Origin: Chrysomallon squamiferum
Taxonomy: Eukaryota > Animalia > Mollusca
Direction of reading: 5' to 3'
Length of the DNA stretch: 64,000 bases
NCBI GenBank assembly: GCA_012295275.1
Contig: CM022666.1
Location: 12,028,001-12,092,000, forward strand
This document shows, one piece after another, positions 13,601 to 24,673 of the stretch. A program made the translations under genes and the position numbers. The notes below the pieces were generated by a model. The model was not told where the DNA came from, ran no database searches, and saw nothing but the letters and a program-made list of their open reading frames with translations. Each line of letters opens with the position of its first letter. The first letter of the stretch is position 1.

Positions 13601-15086
13601 TTCTACAATACTTACACTTTCAGTGTGTATAGGTGTACTGAATGTATTCTACAATACTTACACTTTCAGTGTGTATAGGTGTACTGAATGTATTCTACAA
13701 TACTTACACTTTCAGTGTGTATAGGTGTACTGAATGTATTCTACAATACTTACACTTTCAGTGTGTATAGGTGTACTGAATGTATTCTACAATACTTACA
13801 CTTTCAGTGTGTATAGGTGTACTGAATGTATTCTACAATACTTACACTTTCAGTGTGTATAGGTGTACTGAATGTATTCTACAATACTTACACTTTCAGT
13901 GTGTATAGGTGTACTGAATGTATTCTACAATACTTACACTTTCAGTGTGTATAGGTGTACTGAACGTATTCTACAATACTTACACTTTCAGTGTGTATAG
14001 GTGTACTGAACGTATTCTACAATACTTACACTTTCAGTGTGTATAGGTGTACTGAATGTATTCTACAATACTTACACTGTCTATAGGTGTACTGAACGTA
14101 TTCTACAATACTTACACTTTCAGTGTGTATAGGTGTACTGAACGTATTCTACACTACTTACACTTTCAGTGTGTATAGGTGTACTGAATGTATTCTACAA
14201 TACTTACACTTTCAGTGTGTACAGGTGTACTGAATGTATTCTACAATACTTACACTTTCAGTGTGTATAGGTGTACTGACTGTATTCTACAACACTTACA
14301 CTTTCAGTGTGTATAGGTGTACTGACTGTATTCTACAACACTTACACTTTCAGTGTGTATAGGTGTACTGAATGTATTCTACAACACTTACACTTTCAGT
14401 GTGTATAGGTGTACTGAATGTATTCTACAATACTTACACTTTCAGTGTGTATAGGTGTACTGAATGTATTCTACAATACTTACACTTTCAGTGTGTATAG
14501 GTGTACTGAATGTATTCTACAATACTTACACTTTCAGTGTGTATAGGTGTACTGAATGTATTCTACAATACTTACACTTTCAGTGTGTATAGGGTGCACT
14601 GCAAACAAAACTGCAGAAATGAAGGCCGCTCTTGGTGCTTGGAATGTTGGTAATTTGGTCTCAGAGTGAATGGAAAATCCAGAAAAGAGGATTGAGAAAA
14701 CACAGAGAAAGAGGACGGACACAACACCGTGGAGAATGATGTTGACGATGTGGAAACCATAAGACTTCAATCCTCCAGCCAAGTAATAATTCCATCTGAA
14801 AACAAACATGTTTGCATAAGAAAGTTCTGAAGTTTGCTAATTATAAATATTACTATCCTTTTTTTTACTTTTGAGTAATAAAAAAAAAAAAATTACATTA
14901 TGATTACACAGAGATAAAATTTCTAAGGAATACACAGTTCCAAAGGTTAATGAAAATTTGTCAGTCTAGAAAACTTGTATGTAAGGATTTATTAATGTCT
15001 TAACAATATCTTTAAGTTGAAAGGACTAATTAACTCTTAATAACATGTATGGTAAGACTGACTAGGGTATCATTTAACAATACCTT

Positions 15087-15132
<46 letters not shown>

Positions 15133-15716
15133 GAATATGTATAAAAGGACTAAATAAAATGATGATAACTGTATTTAAGGACTCAAAAATTCTTTAAAAT
15201 ATCTTTATTTGAGCACTGTAATTATTGAAACTTATATATAATACTCAATACACTGTAAGAATTTTTAATATCTGTATACAGATTCTTTAACTGTTTAACT
15301 AAACAGCAGTACCTGAATGTGAGGACAGTTAGAGGTCTGTATGACTTATGACTAGTTTTGGAGTTCAGGGTCCTGCCCCAGAAGTCATGTCCAAACACCT
15401 TCTCCACCGGGGTGTCAGGTAACAGGTCTTTGTTGTTGAGAATTGCTTCACTGTCATCAAACACAAACTCTCCATCATAGCTGTTGACAAAACACACAAC
15501 TGCCACACTGAACACCACAAGTGAGGCAGTCAGAAAGTTTAGCTTTGGCACGGGAAGACAGTCGTCACTGTCTGCAGACACCGCTGTTTCACTGAGGTGT
15601 CCATTGTTGATCTGTGCATATTTTGAAACTGCAGTTGTACTTTTGTTGTCATGGTAACCATTGCTTTTGAAAGATCGGTTCCTTGATGTTCCAGGTTTTT
15701 TATCCTGTGTCATCAT
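286..15716 (-). CDS. TMTC4: Protein O-mannosyltransferase TMTC4, 5' part (gene continues beyond the left edge). Coding exons in order: 15716-15313, 14795-14576, 9457-9370, 9220-9111, 7958-7782, 7103-6939, 6534-6332, 2799-2625, 1903-1847, 810-739, 365-286
   Basis: All introns are GT-AG and phases join into one frame. Motifs FVFDDSEAI..N.D, DFWG..L....[93 protein letters not shown] and VCPLNAKVHYN (first TPR) match TMTC family; [12 protein letters not shown] and CPLNAKVHYN point to TMTC4. Confidence 0.93.
2910..3662. repeat. 41-bp minisatellite (TATATCGTATCACATTTCTGTCAGTCCAGTGTGATGTCTGG), degrading to the right; TMTC4 intron
   Basis: Clean 41-nt period at 2910-3110, then fragmented copies interleaved with pieces of the unique flank. 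Confidence 0.9.
5476..5750. repeat. Dispersed ~270-bp repeat, copy 1 (copy 2 at 7169-7432, same orientation)
   Basis: Shared blocks GAACATCCRAGTTCTAG..TGACATAATAAACC, GAGAAAGTGAGACAAGCTGTGAGAC, TCATCTGACAGGACAGTCA, CACTGCTGACAA, GGCCTGAGCTAATGGACTGGG. Confidence 0.85.
5768..5939. repeat. ~170-bp inverted repeat, arm A (partner 9623-9793)
   Basis: TTTTACTCTCTTTTCCTTTTGACTTGAATAACAGTCTTCTTA...TTTGTTGTTGTCTTCTATTT is the near-exact reverse complement of the 9623-9700 sequence; the match extends over the whole arm. Confidence 0.9.
7169..7432. repeat. Dispersed ~270-bp repeat, copy 2
   Basis: Collinear match to 5476-5750. Confidence 0.85.
8775..9046. mobile_element. 272-bp MITE (non-autonomous DNA transposon, hAT-like CAG...CTG termini) in a TMTC4 intron
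   Basis: Left end CAGTGGTATGAAGAGG versus reverse complement of right end CAGTGGTGTGCAGAGG (14/16). GC-rich subterminal motif GATGCCYRGGGCCA at both ends, AT-rich core, flanked by CACACACA / CACACACC (possible 8-bp TSD in a CA tract). Confidence 0.75.
9623..9793. repeat. ~170-bp inverted repeat, arm B (partner 5768-5939)
   Basis: AAATAGAAGACAACAACAAAG...TAAGAAGACTGTTATTCAAGTCATAAGGAAAAGAGAGTAAAA...TCTTGTCTTTA is the reverse complement of arm A. Confidence 0.9.
11351..14593. repeat. 46-bp minisatellite, about 70 copies, derived from a TMTC4 exon/intron junction
   Basis: Unit TACAATACTTACACTTTCAGTGTGTATAGGTGTACTGAATGTATTC. The rightmost unit overlaps the last 18 nt of exon 14795-14576 and its real donor site. 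Confidence 0.97.
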
Positions 15717-16861
15717 GCCTCTCCTTCATCCTGAAAACAACAACAAAAAAAAAAAATTATTGATATGAACAGTTATAATAAAAACAAATCTAAATAAAAC
15801 ACTTTATAAAGTACTCTTATAAAATATAGACTATTCTAGATAAGCTGCAGAGAAAGTTTTGTCTGAAGATGATTTTACTCAAACTTATAGAAAACTTCAG
15901 AAGATTCATTATAAAGACACAAACATATTTTCCTTCAGGATTATTACTTTGGGTAAACACAAAATAAATAACTGTAACTAAACATAACATACAAAAATGT
16001 AGAAATATGAAATAACATAATTCTAACTGCATATTCATTTTATTTTGACAATAATTAATGTAAGAATGTTAATGTTCTGTTTAAATAATATATTTATTTA
16101 TTTAAGTCAGTTTTCACAACCCTTGACATTATGTGAAAAAATGTCTGTGTTGTCTAATAATATCTGTACAGGAAGATGACACAGTGTTTATGTAACTGCT
16201 AAAATAGTTCAGATAAACAAATATCCAAATTTGAAATTATGGTTAACATGGCATGCTGGTTCCTCAATATAATATTAAGTAAAAGAACTCAAAAAAAAAA
16301 AAAAAAATAAAAAAATAAAAAATAAAAATAAAAAAACATAATATAATAATAACTAAATAAATAAATAAATAAAAAGTAAAAAAAAAGTAAAAATTTAAAA
16401 TAAAAACTCAATACTAAATATATAAATTAAACATTTTTTATTATCATATAATAATTATATTATTAGAAGCCACAGTCAAAATTTTAATTAATTTATAAAC
16501 TTATTTTGTGCACAAAATGTGTTATTTCAGTATTTGTTTTAAATTATTATATATTTCCATATTAGTATTTAATGAATAAAATGATCACTTTTATTAGTAA
16601 TACATTTTTCTTTTTCGGCATGTAATAAAAATACAGAAATATTCGAAACATGAATGTCAATATCTTTATTAATGCAGATATAAACTTATACCCCTAACAA
16701 CGATGGAAGTTCGGTTCTTCCTGAACTTTATAAATTGTCAGATGATTCTGTTACAAAATTCCAATGGCCCTTTTCGGTAATTAATAAAAGTATATCATAT
16801 GTAAACACATTATGACCTGTATGGTGTAAATATTTAAAAAACGCAAAGCAGAAGCACCTAC

Positions 16862-17140
16862 CTATTTTAATTTACTGAAACACCTGTACAAAAATAGAAC
16901 CTCTCTGCCTGCCGGTGACGTTCCTACTCGTAACTTACCGAAAATAAAAACTTTTTTTTTTTTTTTTTTGGTATAACGACAACCGTAAATCATAATGTTG
17001 ATCATAATGTGTGATAAAATAGACATTTCGAATGAAAAATGCATATTAATAAAGGCCTACATTTTATATATATTAATAATTTCCATAAATGTTACTCTAA
17101 AACAGATTTGTACTTACCGTCATTGTCAACGGAAATATAA
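16862..17140 (-). promoter_or_regulatory. Probable TMTC4 promoter / non-coding first exon region
   Basis: First coding exon has an acceptor at 15731-15732 only 14 nt before the ATG, so an upstream exon is required. This CpG-retaining patch has three candidate minus-strand donors: AG|GTAGGT (16861), CG|GTAAGT (16938), CG|GTAAGT (17117). Confidence 0.5.
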
Positions 17141-17211
17141 TTATCTCGAGTTGTCTTTCCATGGATATACTGAACAAAATAAATAATTATGAGCTTTTTA
17201 TTATTATTTTA

Positions 17212-17284
<73 letters not shown>
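17212..17284. repeat. (CT)n microsatellite
   Basis: Direct reading. Confidence 0.95.
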
Positions 17285-17287
<3 letters not shown>

Positions 17288-20187
17288 CTTACTGTTTCTA
17301 AACAATAAAGAAAATACTGCAAGAATAATGATACTCAGTATGAGGGTATTAAGACACTCAATTATAAACATTTTATTATACATTCTTTAATTATAATTAT
17401 TATGTGTAAGTGGATATGTATGTATGTAATATAAATAAAAACAAATGCAATGCTAAAAAGAACATGTATATAAATAAACATAAATAGAATATTAAAAAGA
17501 ATATACACATACACACACATACAAACATACATATACATTTTTTATTATTATTATTTTTTTTTAATGTTGCATTCCTTTTTACTTATAATACTTTTATAAT
17601 TTCAAATAATGTTATTTTCACTTATTAATTTGTCCTGTTGGAATTGCTTTAGCACAATGAATGCGTGCTTTAGATATGCTAAATTAATTAATGCTATAAT
17701 AATTTATATTAAGTATTTTTAAACAGGTATAAATATGTTCAAGTTTTACATTATGTGTAAAATTAAAGATTTATACTCAGTATGGCTAGATACGTCAGCG
17801 GTCTGATCCGTCTAAATCACAGGAGAAATGAGAACAAAACGGAAATTGTGTTCATGGACTTGTAACTATTCCGAGGATTATCTTGTAATAAACAACATTC
17901 CTTGCCACTTCCAAATGAGAAAAATGGCCAAGTGTTTGTCGTAAATAACTTAGTTTATTCTCGTCACGTTGTGAAATGACTAAAAATGTCACAAAGTGGA
18001 ATTTAATATTATTTATGTTTTATATATTTTATGCTTCGAGATACCTTTTGTGATAAGTTTCGGAAAATATTCCGACTTTCCATAGTAATATTCTTTTTCA
18101 GTCCTTGATTCTATTTCTCTGTTACTTTCTTTTAACTTTTGCTTTGAATTTTTAAATATTATTTACATTTTCGCCAACTGGGAGATATTTAATAGTCACA
18201 GAAATCTAGTGTATATTCGTGAAGCAAGTTACAACAACATCCAAGTGAAATGACTTATGAAAATATCGCAGGAAAATGTCCAGATAAGATTTATAGAGTA
18301 ATATTCGCTGCATAAATTACAAAACATGACATACAAGACGTACTTGCACATTCATCGAGATTCTTGATGGGCCTTCTGTAAAAGAGAAATAAACAACTCA
18401 TAGACAGGAAAGAAAAGAAAAATGTTTGCACATTCATCCCAGTCGTTCAGTTAGCTTCGCTGATCAAATTAGTTTCATCAATAAAAATTAATGGAAGTAG
18501 TCTAAACGTTTGTTAAACTTTGAAAAAGTTTCATTAAACCTGAATTTCACGAAAATGCTCACCGCTGCACAAAGAGACTCGGTTTATTATAGGTTTACAT
18601 ATGTATATTACTTATTACTGATAGTCTACAACTATTATCACTGATCATTTAATAGAATAGTATTATTACTTAATAATTCTTATTGGGTGTTTCAGTAGTA
18701 GACAGTTTTGTTATTTTCAGCCATGTTTATTACAACTAAGACAAGTTAATGAATTTGTTAATAAACAATGCCTGGGCAGTTTTGATGGAGATACAGTTGA
18801 TGTATCAATGTTCATGATTTGAGCTTCTTTGTCTAAATAGGGTTGTCTGTAAAATATTCTTACCTGTAACTGTAATCTGTCTCGTAACTGCATTTATATT
18901 ACGATTATTTTAAATAAATATTAATATTAGACTACGCAACTCGTTCATAAAGGTATTTATAATAAAGAAAAAGAGAAAAAAAAAAAAAATCAGGTTGTAT
19001 ATATCTTTAGTTTTATTAAATTTTAAATATAAAAATAAATACAAATCATATTGTGTTTTAAAAACGAATTTTTAAATTCTCATAAAACTATTTTTTATAA
19101 ATATTTTAATTGATAACGTGGCATACTTTTCTTCATTCACACATCTCTTTTTCAGAGTTTAATCCATACCGGACAACTGTTGAGCAAAACGAACTCATTT
19201 GTTTTAATCTTGTACTGAAATCATTTCTTGGAATGAAGTATTAGTTCAAGTTTCTCAAACTCAAAAAAACATTTGAAAGTTTTTGATGATGAAGATCGTA
19301 ATGACAGTTGTTTATCGACATTTTTATCATGTTAGTAATGTCCCTTTTTTATTACTCTTTATTGTTGTTATTGTTGTTGTTGTTATTTTTTTTTTATTAT
19401 TATTTATTTTTTTTTTTTTTTATTAATCGTATTTAGTTATTTATTTTTATTTTATTTTTTAATTATGTTTTTTTTTTTTTTTTTTTTTGTTCATGGATAT
19501 AAAATGATAATTAACAAAAATGGACGTTATGGAAAATATACAAACATCAGACTTATGCTTAAACTATTTCCGATGTCAGTAAATGTATAAACTATTATTC
19601 ATAAAATGTGTTATGGTACATATGATAACAATTGACATATGTGTTGCTTCAGTAAAAACACTGAATTGTGACTGCAATTCTAATACTTTAAATATCGGAT
19701 TTTTTTTTTTTTTTTTTTTTTTTTTATCATATGAAATTGATTACTATGGTAACGATGAAGAGCTTAAAAGTTTTGCCTTCTCCATACTTAATGATTTTAT
19801 TTTATTTTATTTTATTTTCGGTCGCTGTATGTCTAGTGAAAATTTTGAAGAATCATTTCTAATTATTGAAATTTACAAAGTATAAAAACACCTCAAAAAT
19901 ATTATGATGAAATTATAAGCTAATAAAATTATATTAATGAAACCAGTACTATTAGAAAATTCTGATTTGCATGCATATATTAACTTTAGAGAGGATGAGA
20001 TAGTGCATAATAAGGTGATACTGAACACCAAAGAATATGAAATATCTTAATATCCTTTCACGTCTGTGTACAGATGCATAATTTAAAAAACTGACTTGTA
20101 GTAGTAATTAAAAATAATTGTACTAAGCAGAATTTCAGAGTTATTTCCCTTGTTATCTAAAACCGTTCCTATCTAACTTATCTAAGC

Positions 20188-20487
20188 CAGAGGTTCTCAA
20201 AGGTGTGCATTGAACATCTGTCACAGAAGAAAAACAAACGGTACAGATTCCATTCAAGAACCGTTTATATGCGAAATGATGAAGAATCTGACATAGATGT
20301 AGACAATGAGGATAGACAACCTCGGCAGCCTGCTCCGCAACCGATTCAGCCACAATATCCTTCTTTCAGTCATTTCTGTATTTTTTTACATTTTGCATTA
20401 CATTTTTTAGCATTTTGTGTGAAGTGTGCCCGCAATTTTTTGTATGGCTTCAAGTGTGCCCAAATTCAAAAAGTTTGAGAACCACTG
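20188..20487. mobile_element. 300-bp non-autonomous hAT (Charlie-like) element
   Basis: TIRs CAGAGGTTCTCAAA and TTTGAGAACCACTG (13/14); 8-bp TSD ATCTAAGC / ATCTAAGT with central TA, as for hAT-Charlie; subterminal GTGTGC motif near both ends. Confidence 0.88.
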
Positions 20488-20614
20488 ATCTAAGTTGATA
20501 GGAATAGTTTCCACATCAGCAAACTGCAATATGCCTGTTCGACTACCTGAAACATATATTATTTATTTAATATAAGACAATTATTAATAAACAGTTATAC
20601 ATGAAATGTTAATT

Positions 20615-20954
<340 letters not shown>

Positions 20955-22718
20955 TTATATTTCATCAAGGACATAGTGTCACTGTCAGTTTAATAAAGCA
21001 TTATTGAGGACATCAATCTTATTATTATTATTATTATTTTTTATTATTATTATTATTATTATTTTTTTTAATCTATTTTTATCTATTTTTCATATTTAAG
21101 TTTTAGCCGAGGAACGTGCTGTACAACTGGGAAACCTCCAGTAATCCGCGTGTGATATATAATAACAGTAAAACTCGACCAGTTACCCGTTTCACATACT
21201 TTAAATATGTTTAATTCAAATCAAAGTGCACATATTGGAAAGTTAGAACACAGAAAGTGGATTACAAAACCGTCTGAATGAAACTACCAATACAAATCAA
21301 TCTGTTATTCTAACTCAATAACCGAAGGTCGTCGATGTTTCTTGGAAACTGGAGGCTATCGAATGAACGTCATCGAACTATCTAAATCCTGGTTTTCCAT
21401 TTGTAACAATGTGATGACTTCACTGAATTGTGAAATCCCTGCAGTGACATATTCTACATCTCTCAATTTAGTTTAAAATAAAAGAAACAGATATAGTGGA
21501 AATGAAATGATTATTATTATTATTATTTACAAACCCGATACTTTTCAATGGCAGACGGATTCAGAAAAATATATCTCAATTGCAATTTCCCTTTTAAAAT
21601 AATTCTTTCTTCATCCAGAAGACGCAGACTATTTGAAATGTAAACCAACTCTTTGTCTATTTAAAATTTCAAATATTCCTAAATTTTACAAATGTTTTGA
21701 TACCATTCTTTTTATTGCACAGTTAATTCTTTTATGTAATTAAATAATATAAGAAACAAACACATGAACTGAAATGCAATGGATTATTTTTTTTATTATA
21801 TTTTTTCAAAGCAGTTTATTTTTATTTATAATAATTTCATCTTCAAAGTTAGTTCTACCGTGAAATCAGAATGATGGTATTCCACTTACATCGCCCTGCA
21901 ATGATGGCGTATCCCTTTTCTAAAACCTTTGACTCGCCTTTGGTAAGAAATCTGAACTTTTGTCAGCCGCACACTGTTGAAATGTTCATGTTGCCGTCAT
22001 TGTGAACGTTGTTAAGAAATGAATTTCGGCATTAGAGTGTTGATACACTATAGACTATGTGAGAAAATTCTTTGTATAAACACTTGATGTATTGTAAACC
22101 GCATCAGGTTAAGCTATTACAAGCACAAGTAGTGGAGAATAATAGACAGAAATAAACACTTCAAAATTACCTTGCTGTACAGGTAACGTGATATGTGTAA
22201 CAATAAATGTAACAGTTTTTGTTACTGTATTATATATATTCTGTCAGTATAATAACAAGATTATATTAACTCTTGTGATTGTCTGAATTCAATTTATATC
22301 GCGTTAATATCTCTAGATATCTTATAAAAATAAAAATCATGATTTTAAAACAACTGTTAAAAACATTGATGTGTGTGTATTTATTTTACATTATGCCCGT
22401 CTTTGTAATAGTTTTGATAGATTGTAAAATAGATTTTATTATTTTATAATAAATAAATGTTCCCTTAGTGTTTGTTAAATATTTATCTAATGTTTTAATT
22501 AATAATAAAATAAAATAAAATAAAATAAAATAAAATAAAATGAAATTGTGCTAGTCTTTAGGTTTTTTTCAGATAAAACATTATAGTGTTAGTACATACA
22601 TGCGAACTCATGACGTCCTTTATTTACTAAGTCGAACTGGTAGGCTTAATTATGTTACACATCCTTTTAATAAATCATCTTTTGTATACTGCGTGTATTT
22701 CTGTGTTTATGTGTGTGG

Positions 22719-22953
22719 GTGTGTGTTAAATGTATCTGTCATTATTTTGGTTCCGTTCTGCTTACATCAGTTTCTCTGTGCCTGCAGTACTGAAAAGATA
22801 AACCCTGTTATACCCCTGTGTGTGTATGGGTGGGTGTGGGGTATTTGTGTGGGTGTGTGTTAAATGCATCTGTCATTATTTAGGTTCCGTTCTGCTTACA
22901 TCAGTTTCTCTACACACATGTTGCCTGCAGTACTGAAAAGAGATACCCTGTTA
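22719..22953. repeat. Two-copy local duplication of ~95 bp (period ~134 bp) bounded by GT-rich tracts
   Basis: GTGTGTGTTAAATGYATCTGTCATTATTTWGGTTCCGTTCTGCTTACATCAGTTTCTCT...GCCTGCAGTACTGAAAAGA...ACCCTGTTAT at 22719-22811 and 22853-22953. Confidence 0.9.
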
Positions 22954-23218
22954 TTCGTTGAACACTCCTTACCATGTTCGTGTCTTTAACCAGTATAACA
23001 ATATTGTATTGTATAAACAGTTTAGGGTACAATGAACCTAAGTAATTGGAAAGGGTGGATCGTGTTATAGATACAGCCCTTGTAACTTGAAGGATGAGTT
23101 TCAGCCAAGGGTACAAATCTCCTTTAGAGAATTTAGAAGCTGCCAGTCACTTACTAACAACAACGTAATTATAACTGACGTTTTTACGAAACATTAGTGA
23201 TGTAACTTTAATAGCGGT

Positions 23219-23253
<35 letters not shown>

Positions 23254-23787
23254 GTAAGTTAATCGTTTTTATTGTTGTATTGTTGTTTTGGGGACTTTTT
23301 TGTGTGTTGTTTTTTTTTTTTTATTTCGTTGTTATGTTTTTAGGTTATTTTTTTTTTTTTTCTTGTTTTCGTTTTGTGAGAGGTAATTTTATTACCTGTT
23401 CTCTTTGTATTTGTTCTTTTAAATAATAATAAGAATAAAAGATGTATTTATCATGTTATTTCTTATATATATACGGTTTCCGAAGGTGTCACTTTTTATA
23501 TTTCAGGAAAACTGAGTGAAGTCAAGCTGAACTGTCAGAAGGATTATCATTGTTTTTTTATTTATCTAAATCCCTTACGAAGTGCGGTTATTTCAGGTTA
23601 TATTCATTACATCACAGTCAGGTTTCTTCTTAATGCAGATAATCTTCTTTCTTAATAAATCACGCCGTGATATGTTTTGCAGAGATATTTTAACTAAAAT
23701 TCACATTTCATCATGACTAATAATGTATTAATGTTATCCAGCAGCAACAACAGCAGTAACAGCAACAACGTATGTCAGTTTTCACAG

Positions 23788-23848
23788 ACCCAGGTGGCAA
23801 GCACAGCCAATTCGGCCTCCGCCCGTTTTCACCGACAGACGGCAGATT
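23788..23848 (+). promoter_or_regulatory. GC-rich patch with CCAAT box (23807-23811) and GC box (CTCCGCCC, 23817-23824); candidate upstream element of the M28B gene
   Basis: Motif match only, about 850 bp upstream of the ATG at 24674. Confidence 0.3.
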
Positions 23849-24072
23849 GTGAATATAATAATTACACGTTACTCATTTCATTTCACATCTCATACATGAA
23901 TATACTCCCATTTTTTTAAAAAAAAAAAAAAAAAATTCAAATTTTAAATTAAAAATTAACAATCAATAAAGAAAAGGTATATTTTATAAATTAAACATCG
24001 CTTAGTTAAATTAGCAAAATGGGGCTTTTAGTATGATGAAACTGAAATTGCAAAACCATTAGTTCAGCCATT

Positions 24073-24129
<57 letters not shown>

Positions 24130-24673
24130 AAGTTAAGTCGATCATATCATAGTATTGAAAATTTATTTTCTAAATTTCATATTATTTAAATACTTCTGCA
24201 GAGCGACTGTTATTATTTAAATATACAGGATTTTATTTTATTTATTTATTTATTTTTTTTTATTTTTTTTTTTCATACTTCAAAATGAAATTCTCAACTC
24301 ACAAGCATCGTATGTAAGCTCTAACTACTTAATTTGAAACCGGTAAATATGACACTCTTATTGACAGAAAAAAAAAACTTTGAAAGAGAAACAATGCGTG
24401 TGTCAAATAACCGAGTTTAAACCGCCATGCACGTTCACACAGATGAGTACTAAACAAACTAGTAAACAGCAACTGACACGTTCAGATGTGCGTAATCTCA
24501 ATTCATTACCCGCCGACACAGTGTTCACTGCAATTAGCCCGAGCCGAGCAGGAAACAGCGAATACGGTAGCGTCAGGCAGCCACACAGACAGACAGGTGA
24601 GTGTGTACGATCTCTCACACCTGAGACCGTGCAGTGAACGAGATCGGCGCGCGTCAACACCAGACGACAAAAC

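Noticed and set aside
11351-14593. CRISPR-like array
   Set aside because: Head-to-tail units with no unique spacers, eukaryotic intron, no cas genes; it is a minisatellite.
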